Virus record (IMG/VR): IMGVR_UViG_3300026549_000035
Coordinates: 32,918 to 96,917 of that record
Source of the DNA: a virus
DNA length: 64,000 nucleotides
Direction: 5' to 3' (one strand)
The notes below the pieces were generated by a model. That model was not told the DNA's origin, ran no database searches, and was given only the letters and a program-made list of their open reading frames with translations. This document shows positions 48,270 to 59,337 of the stretch, one piece after another (the first letter of the stretch is position 1; each line of letters starts with the position of its first letter). The translations under genes and the position numbers were made by a program.

Positions 48270-49406
48270 TCAAGCCACAACAACGAGTCGATCTATTGCA
48301 CGAGTAACTCCAGTATACATATATTTACGACGTTCATCTGGATCTCTAGGCCATCCGGGCTCTTGGAATAGTAAAACTTTATTCCATTCGCTACCTTGAG
48401 CTTTCCAAACGGTAATTGCATATCCAAAATTAAAGTGTAACGGTATTCTTTTATCTTTTATCTGTTTATATATAATATATTCTTCTTTACTTGTCAAAGA
48501 AGGCTTTCCAGTAAAAAGTTCTGAATAATCAGCACATAGCCCTTCAAATTCTTCGCCTTCTTCATCTCCGTATATAGTAGTAGTTAAAACTGGAACTGAA
48601 AGATCTTCTTTTCTTAACCAAAAAGGATAATTCCAATTTTCGACATTAAATTCTTTAATAGAACCAATAACTCCATTAGTTAAAGGATTCTCATGATTTG
48701 ATAATATTTCCCATTCGTTATGTAAATTGATAACTTTATCTCCAACTTGAGGCTGATTTGGATCAAATCCATAAGATGCTCTAACTTGTTGATTTAATGA
48801 ATTTTTAGTTTGTCTTGTTGCACATAATATCTAATCCGCCCAAGTCATCATTGAAACAGAAACTTCTCCGCGAGGAATAATCATAACCTGTTCTTTAGCA
48901 CATGGAAAAGCCATAATTGGTTTTCCTTCTCTTACATGCATAGATAAACGAATAATTTCACTCTCTTGGGCTTGACGCATAATCTCATCTAAAAAGATAT
49001 GAGGATTGTCTAAGACATGATTATTTGGATCTTCTTCCATAGATGTTTTATTCCATATTGGCGGCAACTGTTCAGGGTCTCCGCAAGCAAGAATATAGAA
49101 GTTATGACTACATAATAAATCCCACATTTTTTTTGGAAGCATTGATATTTCATCTACTACTACAACTTTAATTTTTAAGTCTATCTCAAAAGGCTTTTTA
49201 GGAGTGAAGGCATATTTACCACTTGGCATTAACTTTGCATGATATAATAATTTATGCGCTGTCATTGAACCAGGACATCCTTTATTTTTTAAAACATTTG
49301 CAGCTTTTCCAGTGTAAGCTACATATCGGACTTCTGATTCATCTAACTCCATTGCCGCAATAATAAATTTTATTAGAGTTGATTTTCCTGTACCTGCCTT
49401 AAGCAT
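48270..49406 (-). CDS. Dda/RecD-like superfamily-1 DNA helicase, about 378 aa
   Basis: Walker A LKAGTGKST, Walker B VVVDEISML, and C-terminal GYAITVWKAQGSEW…YTGVTRA. Track ORFs 48831..49406 and 48270..48497 are in frame and joined through TAGs. The true start may be an upstream TTG at about 49457. Confidence 0.75.
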
Positions 49407-49477
49407 AGCCAGATATGCAAGTATATTTTTCTCCTGCTTTATATCTGGCTAAAGCAATACGTAAACCTTCTTCCTAT

Positions 49478-49993
49478 TTATGAGTTAATTCCAAGATTTA
49501 CTTCCTCCTCTCTTATTATATCTTCTATTTTCCATAATCCATCATGCAATTCTCTATGACAATTCGCACAAATTAAAATACATTTTTTACTTTCTTCTAC
49601 TGCGTCTTTTAATCGAAAATGATCATTACTAATAGTAAAATCTTTTTGAGAAGGGTTTAAATGATGAAATTCTAAAGCCTTTAAACATTTGTCATATCCA
49701 CATTTTTGGCAATATCCACCACGCTATTGTTTAATTTTGGCTAAAAAATCTCCTCTTTTTAACTACTATCCTTCTGGCATACACTCATAACAACAAGTTC
49801 GTTGATTTGCAGAAGAACTCTTTGGCTAAAATTCTTTTCCACAAATTAAACAAGTTTTATGAACATCTTTCATTTCCTTTTTCTATAAGATACGTAATTT
49901 ACGAGCCTCATTTTCGCAATGACGACTACAATATTTAGCCGTATTTTTTTTACATTCAAAATCTTTGTGACAAATAACACACTATTTTATCAT
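49478..49993 (-). CDS. HNH endonuclease with multiple CxxC zinc knuckles, about 171 aa
   Basis: MIKQCVICHKDFECKK…CLICGKEF…CYECM…CQKCGYDKCLKALEFHHLNP…CILICANCHRELHDG. About 6 TAGs are present, with RBS AAAGGAGAA. Confidence 0.6.
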
Positions 49994-50073
49994 AATAAAT
50001 TTTCTCCTTTTATATTTTTCTATTATATATATTTTTTATAAAAAGAAAAATTTAGTGGCTTTGTCCAAAAGGT

Positions 50074-50436
50074 TTAGCCAGTAAGATTGCGTCTTCTTGT
50101 TTCCGAGTAAGGACCATCTTCTTTTCTCACCACCCAATCTATATAAGGTTGAAATTGAATGGTATATCGACTAGAAAAATAATCCACTATATCATCAATT
50201 TCTAAATTATCAAACATATAAATACCATAAATGTCTTTAAAACGTCTATCATATTCATTTTCTATTGTTTCAACTAAATTTACTAAACTTCTGCCTTCAG
50301 TTATAAAATTACTAAAATTATGCTTATCTAAACATTCTATATTATATATAAAATCTTCAGAAACTAAATTTTCACATTGTTTATTTTTAATGTATTGTGA
50401 ACGAGCAGTTCTTTTATATCTATCTTCAGAACTCAT
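50074..50436 (-). CDS. hypothetical protein, 120 aa
   Basis: ORF track. It contains no TAG and ends TAA. Confidence 0.45.
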   Translation of the reverse strand: MSSEDRYKRTARSQYIKNKQCENLVSEDFIYNIECLDKHNFSNFITEGRSLVNLVETIENEYDRRFKDIYGIYMFDNLEIDDIVDYFSSRYTIQFQPYIDWVVRKEDGPYSETRRRNLTG

Positions 50437-50511
50437 ATAAAACTCCTTTTTACATTTTTCTATATATATTATATCATATTCTTTATATTAATTCAACTAA
50501 AAAAGCATCTT

Positions 50512-50847
50512 TTATTTATTAGATATAAAAAAATTATCAATATAGTCATAGGCATTTTCATTTAAAAAATCGAAAACACCATTTTCATTTGATTTCTCGG
50601 GTTTTTCAATCGTTTCCGATCGGAGCAGCTCTTTTTCTTCTTTATTTAATAAAATAGAATTAGAATCAATATCTTTAAAAACTTCTTTTATTTCTCTAAA
50701 TTCTCCATTAGGTGTAAATAAAGAAATATTCATCTTAGATAAAGCTTCACTAACTCTATTTAATCCCTAAGAAATTTCTTGCATACTTACAGCACTTTTT
50801 TGAGATATATTAGATAAAACTTCTACAACTTCAGAGGTAGAAAGCAT
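50512..50847 (-). CDS. hypothetical protein, about 111 aa
   Basis: RBS GGGGAAGATAAAG then ATG at about 50847. It joins the track ORF via one TAG. Confidence 0.4.
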
Positions 50848-50862
50848 CTTTATCTTCCCCTT

Positions 50863-52004
50863 TTAAAAATAATAATTAAATTCATTTGTAATTTCATATT
50901 CCTCAATAATAATCTAAGGACTAAAATTTCCATTCCATTCATTTAAATTACAAGTTCCAACAACATTAATTGTTTTATGTCCTGTTTCAGAATATAACCT
51001 ATTAAACTCATCTTGACTTGAATTAAATTTAATTAATGTTAAATTGCCAGGTAAAATAATTTTTAGTGTCGGTCTTTTATCTGGTGACATTAATATTAAA
51101 TTATCTTTATGAACTGAAATATTTTCTATAGCGACTTGAGGTTCTGGTAAGCCTTGTCCCCAATAACTTGCAAGTCCTCCTAAATTCATAATATCTTCTT
51201 TATATAATCCTACTTCTCCTGCAGACCAAATAAAATCTACTCTATAACAATTAGTAAAATCAAAATCTTTTAATTCTCTATCTATATATTCTTTAAAGGC
51301 TTCTAAATTTTTATCTAAAATACTAATACCAAAGGCACTTGCATGCCCCTAAGCATATTCTACTAAATTACTATTGGCTAAAAATTCTCTCATATTTTCT
51401 AATTTAGAATAAGTAGCATTACGACCAGACCCTCGCCAAGAATAAGACAATACTTCGCCAGTATTTTCATCAACTTCTATATGACGATTAAGAATCAAAA
51501 CTGGTCGCATATATTTACCCATAATCTAATTTGCAATTAAACCAGTTAAATTTTCTGAAACAGGTTCTTCTAATTGCACAATAATTATAGGATGTTCTAA
51601 CAAATTATTCTATTGAATTAATTCCTCAATAACTGTTAAATTATAATCTCTAACTCTTGTCTATCTATTTTTAATATTTTTACAATTTCTGCAAGCCTAA
51701 TCGATTCTAGGTTCTAGCTAACCTTTTGCTCCCCTTTTATTAGAGGGTATTAATTCATATGCTTTAAAATCTAACATAGACTCAAATAAAAGCATTTTTT
51801 CATCTAAACTGCCGACTCTAATAGTTGCATTAATATATGGCGCTATATAGAATGAAATTCCAAATGGTGTTACTTCTCCTCTAAGAGAATAAGCCTACTC
51901 TTCGACAAAAGCAGAAATAAAGGGGTTCTTTATATTATTTTTACTTGTTCCAAGAGTGATCAATTCTCTAGTTTCTAAATTTCTTAAATCCATCATATCT
52001 GCTA
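50863..52004 (-). CDS. recJ: RecJ-like 5'-3' ssDNA exonuclease exon 2
   Basis: …VADMMDLRNLETRELITLGTSKNN…FGISFYIAPYINATIRVGSLDEK… matches the RecJ …TVADVVPL…LGFALGPRLNAAGRL region. It continues through the track ORF 50914..51189 to TAA at about 50863. The 5' boundary is approximate. Confidence 0.65.
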
Positions 52005-53070
52005 CTCACGAAAATCCAGTGTTTCCACTGGCGCTGACTATTTTTTAATATTATAAAAATAATATTATATCTCTTTCGGTTTTCAAATGCTTCGTTTCCT
52101 AAAACATTACTATGTATCAATAATAGCCCTACTCCCCTGCATTTCAACATAAGGGATAGTCGATACAGGCTTCATTTTATAGAAGAATAACTTTCTTTTA
52201 AAGCAATTCTTCTTACTGTAGATTTGGATAAAAAATTATATATTTTTTGTATATCTACAAAACTTTCTCCATTATTATATCTTTTTCGAATATCAAGAAC
52301 TTGTTCTCTAGAGCATTTGGCTCTTCCATTTTTAACCCCTTGATTAGCCTCTGAAGAATATTCTGCTCTAGTTTTACTATTAGTCGGGATAAGATATTCT
52401 GCTCCTATATTAGGATAGCCATGCCCAAGCCATACTTTTTCAAAACTTCCAAACGGATGATTTTTATAATCTTGATAAACATCTTTTTTTCGCTCTTTTA
52501 AAAAACGTCTTTTTCTAATATCTAAAACTTCTTTATTAGTAAAAACCGCTCTTGAATTATTTTCTCCGTTTTGATTACAAGCATCTCCGCCTTTAGTTAA
52601 ATTATATCCAATCTATTTATTGTTAGAATTATAAAAACTAATCCAATACTTTTCTCGTTCTTCCATAATAGATAAATTATTTATAAATTCTAATACTTCA
52701 ACCTTAGTAATCTTTCCGTATTTTTTAATAGCAAGATCACAAGGATATAATTTCTAATGAGAATTATGATTATGCTCTTTCATTCTTCTTTTTAAATCTA
52801 TAGTGCAGCCTATATAAATTTTATTATTTGGATAATTAATTTTGTAAATACAAGCCATATTAGGCTATAATTGAGAAACTTTATAAATCATATAATTTTT
52901 TTCCTTTCTTTCAGTTTAAAAATGATTCCCACGAGATTATCATGTATAATAGAAATTCATCATGTCATCATGTCTTCTATTATATTTAGACTTCCTCGTT
53001 AGCCAATTAATTAAAATTGACCCCTCTGATAAAAGGAAAAGATATATTAGGCCAGTTTACTTTTAGCCCT
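52005..53070 (-). mobile_element. group I intron (IA2-like family) in recJ carrying a GIY-YIG homing endonuclease gene
   Basis: It splits the RecJ motif LDLVA(L/V)G|T(V)AD. The 5' part carries …GGCTAACGAGGAAGTC…ATAATCTCGTGGGAATC…. After the ORF stop come AGCCTGTATCGACTATCCC…AAAAATAGTCAGCGCCAGTGGAAACACTGGATTTTCGTGAG. Confidence 0.6.
52172..52858 (-). CDS. GIY-YIG homing endonuclease, about 228 aa
   Basis: MACIYKINYPNNKIYIGCTIDLKRRMKEHNHNSH[Q]KLYPCDLAIKKYG…GYNLTKGGD…, with 2 TAGs and TGA stop immediately followed by the conserved intron motif. Confidence 0.75.
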
Positions 53071-53686
53071 ACTGCGACTAAATCTAATAAATGATTTGCA
53101 CAACGCTTTTCTGGTGGTAGCAGTGAATCAATATACTAGCAAAATTTATAAACAATACCAACACCAGATAAACTTTTGTTAGGGTAATCACTTAATTGAT
53201 TATTAATAATACAAGCATTTTCTGAAACTTTTTCTGCTTCGTGATGATCTAATACCAATACATCAATACCCTTTTCTCTTAGCTATTTATGTTGTTCATA
53301 ATCATTGCTACTTGAGTCTGGGGCAATTACTAATTTAACATCTTCTGGAATAGTTTCTACAATAAGACCATGCTCTTTACCATCGTGAATACGATAAGAA
53401 ATATTCTACTGGGCATGACCTGGCGCAAACATATTTATATAGTTAATAAGTGCGGCCGCCGATGTATAGCCATCTACATCGCTATCTACCTATATAAAAA
53501 TTTTATCACCAGCTACTAAATGCTTAATAAGCATTTCTGCGCCTTGTTGCATATTATCAAGATAGGAGGGGTCTAAAATATCTTCTTTACAAGTAAGTAA
53601 ATATCTTTCAATTTCATCGGGTTTAATTCCTCTATTAACGAAAACCCATTCGATAGCTTTAAGATCTGACTAATCTATTGGAATTT
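53071..53686 (-). CDS. recJ: RecJ-like exonuclease exon 1 (DHH domain)
   Basis: MKPEIPID…LVAGDKIFI[Q]VDSDVDGYTSAAALINYI…VLVLDHHEAE…HLLDLVAVG carries the DHH motifs I-III. The start ATG overlaps the upstream gene's TGA. Confidence 0.7.
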
Positions 53687-53692
53687 CAGGTT

Positions 53693-54031
53693 TCATAAGT
53701 TTATATTCCATGTGCCAAACTCTCCTTCTAATTCTCCTTCACCATAAAAATCATAGGCTTGATATGGACAAAATTTAGTAGCAGGACGTACAAAAGTATT
53801 AAAATCTTCAATAGAAACATTTCGTTCAACTAAAGATATATTACATCCATGTCCTCTAGAATTATCATCAATTTTTAAAAGTTTCCATATATCGCCATTT
53901 TGAAAAACGATTTTATCTGGATATGAAAAAATTTTATCTATTCTTATATTATTTTTTGCATAATCATCTACTAATTGTTGTAATCGACTTTTTCCTTTTT
54001 CTTTATTATAATACCATATAATACCATACAT
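53693..54031 (-). CDS. hypothetical protein, 112 aa
   Basis: ORF track. Its start overlaps the primase stop (TAATG). Confidence 0.45.
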   Translation of the reverse strand: MYGIIWYYNKEKGKSRLQQLVDDYAKNNIRIDKIFSYPDKIVFQNGDIWKLLKIDDNSRGHGCNISLVERNVSIEDFNTFVRPATKFCPYQAYDFYGEGELEGEFGTWNINL

Positions 54032-55167
54032 TAATATAATTTCACTCTTTCTTTAAATAATTTTAAAAATACTTCCTATCCATGGTCTATCGGCGCAGAT
54101 TTATAATCTGTAATTTTATGTTTATCAATAATACAAGATATGTTAACATAATTCTTATATTTTTTTGTAATTTTTTTTAAATTTTTAATTAAATGGATAA
54201 ATTCATCATCGCCTAAATTTTGAAACTACCTATCAAAGGCAATAATTATTTCTTGCGCACCAGCATCAATTAGGAGCTAAGCTTGATATGCAGAAAAACT
54301 ACTGCCGCAACAGGCTACTGAAATATCATTATCTATTCCAAAATAGCTTTGGTATTTAAGAGAACTTTTTTCACCTTCAAATACTATTGCTTTTTTAATT
54401 TTTGGAATAATACAACGACTATTGTTAAAATTATATAAATTTAAACCAAGAGGATGATTATATAAAATTCCATTTACTTTAATTGGTCTATACTTACCAT
54501 ATAATTCAATATCTTCTTCAACAAAATTACGTCCACGTAATCCTATAAAACGATTATCTTTATCATAATGTGGAATAGTAATCTATTCTCCTCCTGGATA
54601 ATATCCAATTTTAGCTCGGTTTAATACTTCTTGAGATATACCTTCTTCTAACCAAGGGGTTAATTTTATTTTATAATTAAATCTATCTAAAATAGATTTA
54701 TCATATTCTTCTAATATGACATGAGGAGTTCCAGCCTGAATATCTTGAATACGAGAATAATTCGCTAAAATTTTCCAATCTTCTAGCCCTTTTTCTTTTG
54801 GACTATCTTCTTCTCTACCTGCTCTTCCAAAACGTCTAGCTATCCATCTTACAGCATCATTTAAGTCATATTTAATATTATGCTATAAATCCATAACTTT
54901 TATACATAACTAAAAAATATCAAATACAGGGTCTTCACAGCCTGTATAACATCTAAATAGACCAGTATTTTCATAATAATATAATTTACGGGAAGCTCCA
55001 TCATTTAATCTGTTATGACATATAGTTCGGGCGATGAGCCCAGTAGGACAATACTCTGGCTCACCACCCCATTCTTCAAGTAAATCATATACTTCATTAA
55101 TTGATAAACTTTCCCTTATTTCTTGTTTATCAAAAATTAACATTAGTAAAGAGTCACCTTCGTGCAA
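54031..55167 (-). CDS. DNA primase (CHC2 zinc finger + TOPRIM), about 378 aa
   Basis: Track ORF 54910..55167 (…YCPTGLIARTICHNRLNDGASRKLYYYENTGLFRCYTGC…, a CHC2 Zn finger) continues through TAGs into a TOPRIM-like region (…IVFEGEKSSLKY…AFDR[Q]F…) and ends TAA at about 54031. Confidence 0.65.
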
Positions 55168-55328
55168 TTATTTTTTAAACCACATTCACGATTTACATAA
55201 TCAATAAGATACTGTTGGATATTTAAATGCTTTTTATTTTTTCCACTTAACTTAATAAGGTCTTCTGCCATTGCTTCTGGCATTCTATATTCTACAGCAC
55301 CTGGTTTTAATAATTTTTCTTTTCCCAT
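55143..55328 (-). CDS. small hypothetical protein, 61 aa
   Basis: ORF track. It overlaps the primase start by about 25 nt. Confidence 0.35.
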   Translation of the reverse strand: MGKEKLLKPGAVEYRMPEAMAEDLIKLSGKNKKHLNIQQYLIDYVNRECGLKNNCTKVTLY

Positions 55329-55355
55329 AATTATTATTCTCCTTTAAAATTGTTT

Positions 55356-55875
55356 TTAATCTTCATCTTCATCATCTGGAAATGCACTTGCTATATGTAT
55401 ACGAGTATCATCAATTGGAATTAATTCATAATCCCATCCCGTTGCAAATAAAGGACGAATTCTGCATACTCCTAAATCTGCTTTACACCATAAATAAATT
55501 CCTTTATATCTACCTCGTCTATTTTTATAAACTGATATTTTAATTGTAGGTTTATCAAAGGTGCCTGTTGCTAAAATTTTTTCTAATCCAGTATAATCAT
55601 CTTCTTTTGCCATTAAAAGAATAGCTCCAAAGTCAATCTTATCTGCAATACTTTTTGCACCTCGAAGTAAATTTTGATCAGGTGTTTCACTTGTCTAATA
55701 ATCTCCATTTAATTGTGTAGCAGACATAATAAAAATACCTTCTCGATTACAAATATCTTTTAATCTATTAGATAACATAAATAAAATATTATCTTCACGA
55801 AGTTTTATTCCTCCACTTCTACGAGTAATTTCTTCAAGAATTTTCATAGAAGTATGTATATAATCATGACACGTT
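55356..55875 (-). CDS. dnaB: replicative DnaB-like helicase exon 2 (C-terminal RecA-fold part)
   Basis: …CHDYIHTSMKILEEITRRSGGIKLREDNILFMLSNRLKDICNREGIFIMSATQLNG…DFGAILLMAKEDDYTG…ISVYKNRRGRYKG…. The 5' boundary is approximate. Confidence 0.65.
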
Positions 55876-56186
55876 CTTCCTTTATTTCTAAAGGCGCTGA
55901 CTAACTCTTACTTGCGGTCGCAACCACAAGGACACCTTTTCGAAATGCGTATCAATAGCATTTCTACTCCCTCGCCCAGAAGGCAAAAGGGATAGTCGAT
56001 ACAGGTTCAAATATTTATTCAATTGAAAGAGAATGGATAAATATAAGTTTCCCACGGGATTACCATGCTATTTTATAGTTTAGGCTTCCCCGTTAGCCTT
56101 ATTTATAGTTATAAATAAGACCCCGTTGATAAAACAGTAAAGTGTTTCATTCTCCCACACCCTTTTCGGGTTGAAGACATACTAAA
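55876..56186 (-). mobile_element. ORF-less group I intron (IA2-like family) in the dnaB-like helicase gene
   Basis: About 310 nt carrying …AAGGCTAACGGGGAAGCCTAAACTATAAAATAGCATGGTAATCCCGTGGGAAAC… then …GAACCTGTATCGACTATCCC…GCTATTGATACGCATT…AAGAGTTAGTCAGCGCC then a hairpin. It has the same core as the ORF-containing introns but no endonuclease ORF. Confidence 0.6.
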
Positions 56187-57204
56187 TCTAATGTTCACGA
56201 ATATTTTTCTTTATTTTATTTTCGATATCCTATAAAGAAAAATCTGGTAATAACTCTACATATAAAGAAGATTCTTTTAAAACTTCTGCGGCTATAATGA
56301 CACGCTCCTCTTCATCTCCTTCATATCTTCCATCTAAGATATGTCCTTCATCTACGTTAGATAAAAATGCTAACATCATTGTTTGAACTTCGCTCATTTC
56401 TTGTTCAGTTGCAATATATAATGTTGGCTAAGCTGGACCTGTCTTTATCCAACCAAAAATTTCATCATACATTTTATTACAGCCAATATAGCAGGCATCT
56501 GCTATCATAGATCTTGTCTTTCCGACACCTGTTGCGGCTGAGCGCAAATAGAATTTTTTAAGTCTAGCACCTCTAGTAACTGTATTAATAAGTGGACCAT
56601 ATAGAGGAACTCCAGCTTCAGGATTTTCTTTAAACCCTTGAATTAATTCTAAAATTCCTTCACCAGCTTGCTAAGCTTCATCTGCTACATCATCAACATA
56701 TGTCATCCTAATTTTTTCAATCTTTTGATCAATAGTATCTGCTATTTGAACTAAAGACATATTATCTAGTCTATCTTCTTGAAGCTATCTTTTTTTAGTA
56801 TCTAAGATATCATCTGGATCATATATGTCTGTTACAGAAACTCCATAGGCATCATACATTCTTAATAAAGTGAATTTTTTTAATCTATTATAGTAATAAT
56901 CAAAAGCGGCTGAATTTGAATTTTCAGCTATTTTTAATAACCACTCTTCGCCTTTTTCTTGCTTAAAGATTGCTTCGCTTTTTGGTCTTGAAGATAAAAA
57001 ATCTGAAATAGCTTTTAAATCAATTTTTTCTACACCTAATTCATGTAATTTATATATAGCTCCAAAAGCAATTTTATGAAATTTATCTGGGAAATCTTCT
57101 TCATTTACAACATATTTGTCTGTCAAGTCCAGAAGCTGTGGATTATTAAAAACATTTCCTATTACTTGGATAATTGCGGTTGTATCAATGTATTTGCTTG
57201 CCAC
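56187..57204 (-). CDS. dnaB: replicative DnaB-like helicase exon 1 (N-terminal domain + Walker A)
   Basis: GTG start with RBS AGAGGAGG. MASKYIDTTAIIQVIGNVFNNPQLLD… continues to …SAATGVGKTRSM…LYIATEQEMSEVQTMMLAF…KKNIREH. Track ORF 56785..57204 is extended through TAGs. Confidence 0.65.
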
Positions 57205-57403
57205 GGGCTTCGACCTCCTCTTGATCTAAAAATGTAAATCTTTTTCTTCTTATAGGCTCTCTTTTTGGAGGCTATATAATAATTTCCCTTACTTTTGGAA
57301 CATATGCAGAAATATCTTTTTCTTTATTCTTTTGGCTTAATAGCCATTTATTATAATAATATCTTTTAGCTTCTTCATATATCCATGGAACAATCGTGAT
57401 ACT
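57185..57403 (-). CDS. Zn-finger hypothetical protein exon 2
   Basis: SITIVPWIYEEAKRYYYNKWLLSQKNKEKDISAYVPKVREIII[Q]PPKREPIRRKRFTFLDQEEVEARGKQIH then TGA. It overlaps the dnaB-like gene start by about 20 nt. Confidence 0.45.
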
Positions 57404-58591
57404 CTTATGTTTTCATAAGCACTGACTATATCTTAATAAATTAAATATATTAATTTATAAAACCTGTTTCGAACTACGTATCAATAGTAGCCCTACTCTC
57501 CCGATCCGGAGATAGTCGATACAGCATTATTAATCATTATTGTCTAATGGGATAATTTAAATTATCTATATGATGAATTTTTCCACTATTAATCCTTCCT
57601 ATCGTGCTTGTAGAAAGATTAAATTTTTTTCCAATATCAGTAAAAGATAATTTCGTTGTTAATAATAATTGAATAATAGAATTATAATCTGTTGAAGTCT
57701 TTTTTCTTTTTTTGCGAATAGGATAAGAGTAATCTTTCTAAATATAAGTTATTCCTCTATTTATTTTTGAAATAGTAGTATAACTCACATTGTATTTTTT
57801 GGCAATTTCTTCTAAAGATAAAATATTTTCTTCTAAATCAACATATACCTCTTTTAAAGATTGGTTAGATGTAAATTTTGCAGAATAATTGTTAATTCCA
57901 CTTCCTGCCCCTTTCGGTTTAGGAGGTTTTCTCAATGGATAGTTTAAAAACTCATTATAATATCTTTTTCCTAAATTAATTTCACTAATTGCTTCTGGAG
58001 ACATATTGTATTTTGAAGCTATTTCATATATATATAATTCAGTATGATTTATTAATAAATCATATACTTCAGATAATGTTTTTTTGTTTAATTTAGCTGA
58101 TGAATTATATACTCCTAGAGCGGCTCCGTCTCCGCCGGCAGTCAAATTATATCCTTTTTCTTTATTATTAAAAGTATCGTAATATTTTATCCAATATCTT
58201 TCTTTATCTGCCATTTCTTTTCTGGAACAATTCTAACAATCTTCTAAAATTTTTACTTCATAATTGTATTTTCTCATAGCACAATGAACAGGTAATAAAT
58301 CATTATTTCTCGCATCTATTTTATGTTCTTTTATTCTATCTTTAATATTATTACTCATTCCAATATATCTTTTTTTATTGGAAAAATTAATGGAATAAAT
58401 TCCTCTTTTAATTTCTTGCTTATTCATAAATCCTCACCTCGTTTATATATGAATAAACAAGCAAGACAATTAATTAAACTTGCCACGGGATTACCATGCT
58501 TTTAAAGTTTAGGCTTCCCCGTTAGCTTTACCTGCAGCCGCAGGTAAAACCCCCTTGATGAAAGGGTAAAGGTTTTACAGGCATTGTTACA
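57404..58591 (-). mobile_element. group I intron (IA2-like family) in a Zn-finger gene carrying a GIY-YIG homing endonuclease gene
   Basis: The 5' exon ends …GGAATTGGT. The intron carries …GCTAACGGGGAAGCCTAAACTTTAAAAGCATGGTAATCCCGTGGCAAG…. After the ORF come GCTGTATCGACTATCTCC…AGATATAGTCAGTGCTTATGAAAACATAAG, then the exon. Confidence 0.6.
57537..58427 (-). CDS. GIY-YIG homing endonuclease, about 296 aa
   Basis: Track ORFs 58233..58427 (MNKQEIKRGIYSINFSNKKRYIGMSNN…) and 57738..58214 (…GYNLTAGGDG…) are in frame and joined by one TAG. C-terminal HTH repeats follow. Confidence 0.8.
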
Positions 58592-58934
58592 TACCAATTC
58601 CACCATTGGCTTTATCTATTGGATTCTTTTTTATTTCATAAAAATATTCTAAAGAACGACGAATACCCGAATAAGTATATTCTGGATGTTCTTGTAAATA
58701 TCTTTTTATCTATAAAGTAATTTTTCCGTCCATATGTTCTAAATTAAATAATTTAATAATATAAGTTTCTAACGCTATTCGTTCTTCTTCTTTCTTTTTT
58801 TCTTCTTCGGATAATACTCCTGCACAAAGGGCGTGAGCATATCGACGAGAACTTGTTAATACGGCAGGATATTTATCTCTGTCAAATCTCTTTTTACAAA
58901 TTGAACAAGTGACATAATGAGCCATCTGCGTCAC
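58592..58934 (-). CDS. Zn-finger hypothetical protein exon 1
   Basis: MAHYVTCSICKKRFDRDKYPAVLTSSRRYAHALCAGVL… is a C2HC-like finger, continuing through one TAG to …EIKKNPIDKANGGIG. Confidence 0.45.
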
Positions 58935-59052
58935 GTCTTTCCTTTAATTCTTTTAGCCAGTTTGCTAGCTATTTATGTTCTTCTGCGCACTTTTTATTAG
59001 AACAAGTTTTTGAAACTTCTTCACAGTGAATAATCGCATCATTTAAATCCAT
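58894..59052 (-). CDS. small Cys-rich hypothetical protein, about 52 aa
   Basis: RBS TAAGGAG then MDLNDAIIHCEEVSKTCSNKKCAEEHK[Q]LANWLKE…. Confidence 0.3.
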
Positions 59053-59061
59053 GTAAACTCC

Positions 59062-59262
59062 TTAAGTAAAAATATATAATCCATCATAATCTCCGCCAAA
59101 AATGACGTCTAATAACTTCAAAGCTTCTAAATCTTCTTTAGAAATTTTTTCATAATCAACATTAAATCCTAAAATATCATGTTCTGTCCAAACTGGATAT
59201 TTTTTCTATCCTTCGGTCATATATTTTTCAATAATATTAAAAATTAATTTAATTTTATCCAT
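59062..59262 (-). CDS. hypothetical protein, about 66 aa
   Basis: MDKIKLIFNIIEKYMTEG[Q]KKYPVWTEHDILGF…. Confidence 0.3.
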
Positions 59263-59291
59263 GTTTTTCCTTTTATATTATACTATATTTT

Positions 59292-59336
59292 TATAAAAAA
59301 ATCAAGCCCCGAGGAAAATATCCTCAGGGCTATAAT
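59292..59336 (-). terminator. rho-independent terminator
   Basis: AGCCCTGAGGATATTTTCCTCGGGGCT hairpin followed by a T-run, downstream of the Sak4-like gene. Confidence 0.65.
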
Positions 59337-59337
59337 A

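Noticed and set aside
50512-50847. Short similarity of 50512-50847 product (…EISQGLNRVSEALSKM…) to the methyl-accepting chemotaxis signalling motif
   Set aside because: Only about 25 residues and low complexity. This is insufficient to call a domain.
39140-57530. Five dispersed copies of GGATAGTCGATACAG as att sites, CRISPR repeats or protein-binding boxes
   Set aside because: Each lies immediately 3' of an intron-encoded endonuclease stop codon or within the ORF-less intron, in the same relative position. They are a conserved segment of a paralogous intron RNA family, and spacing is irregular.
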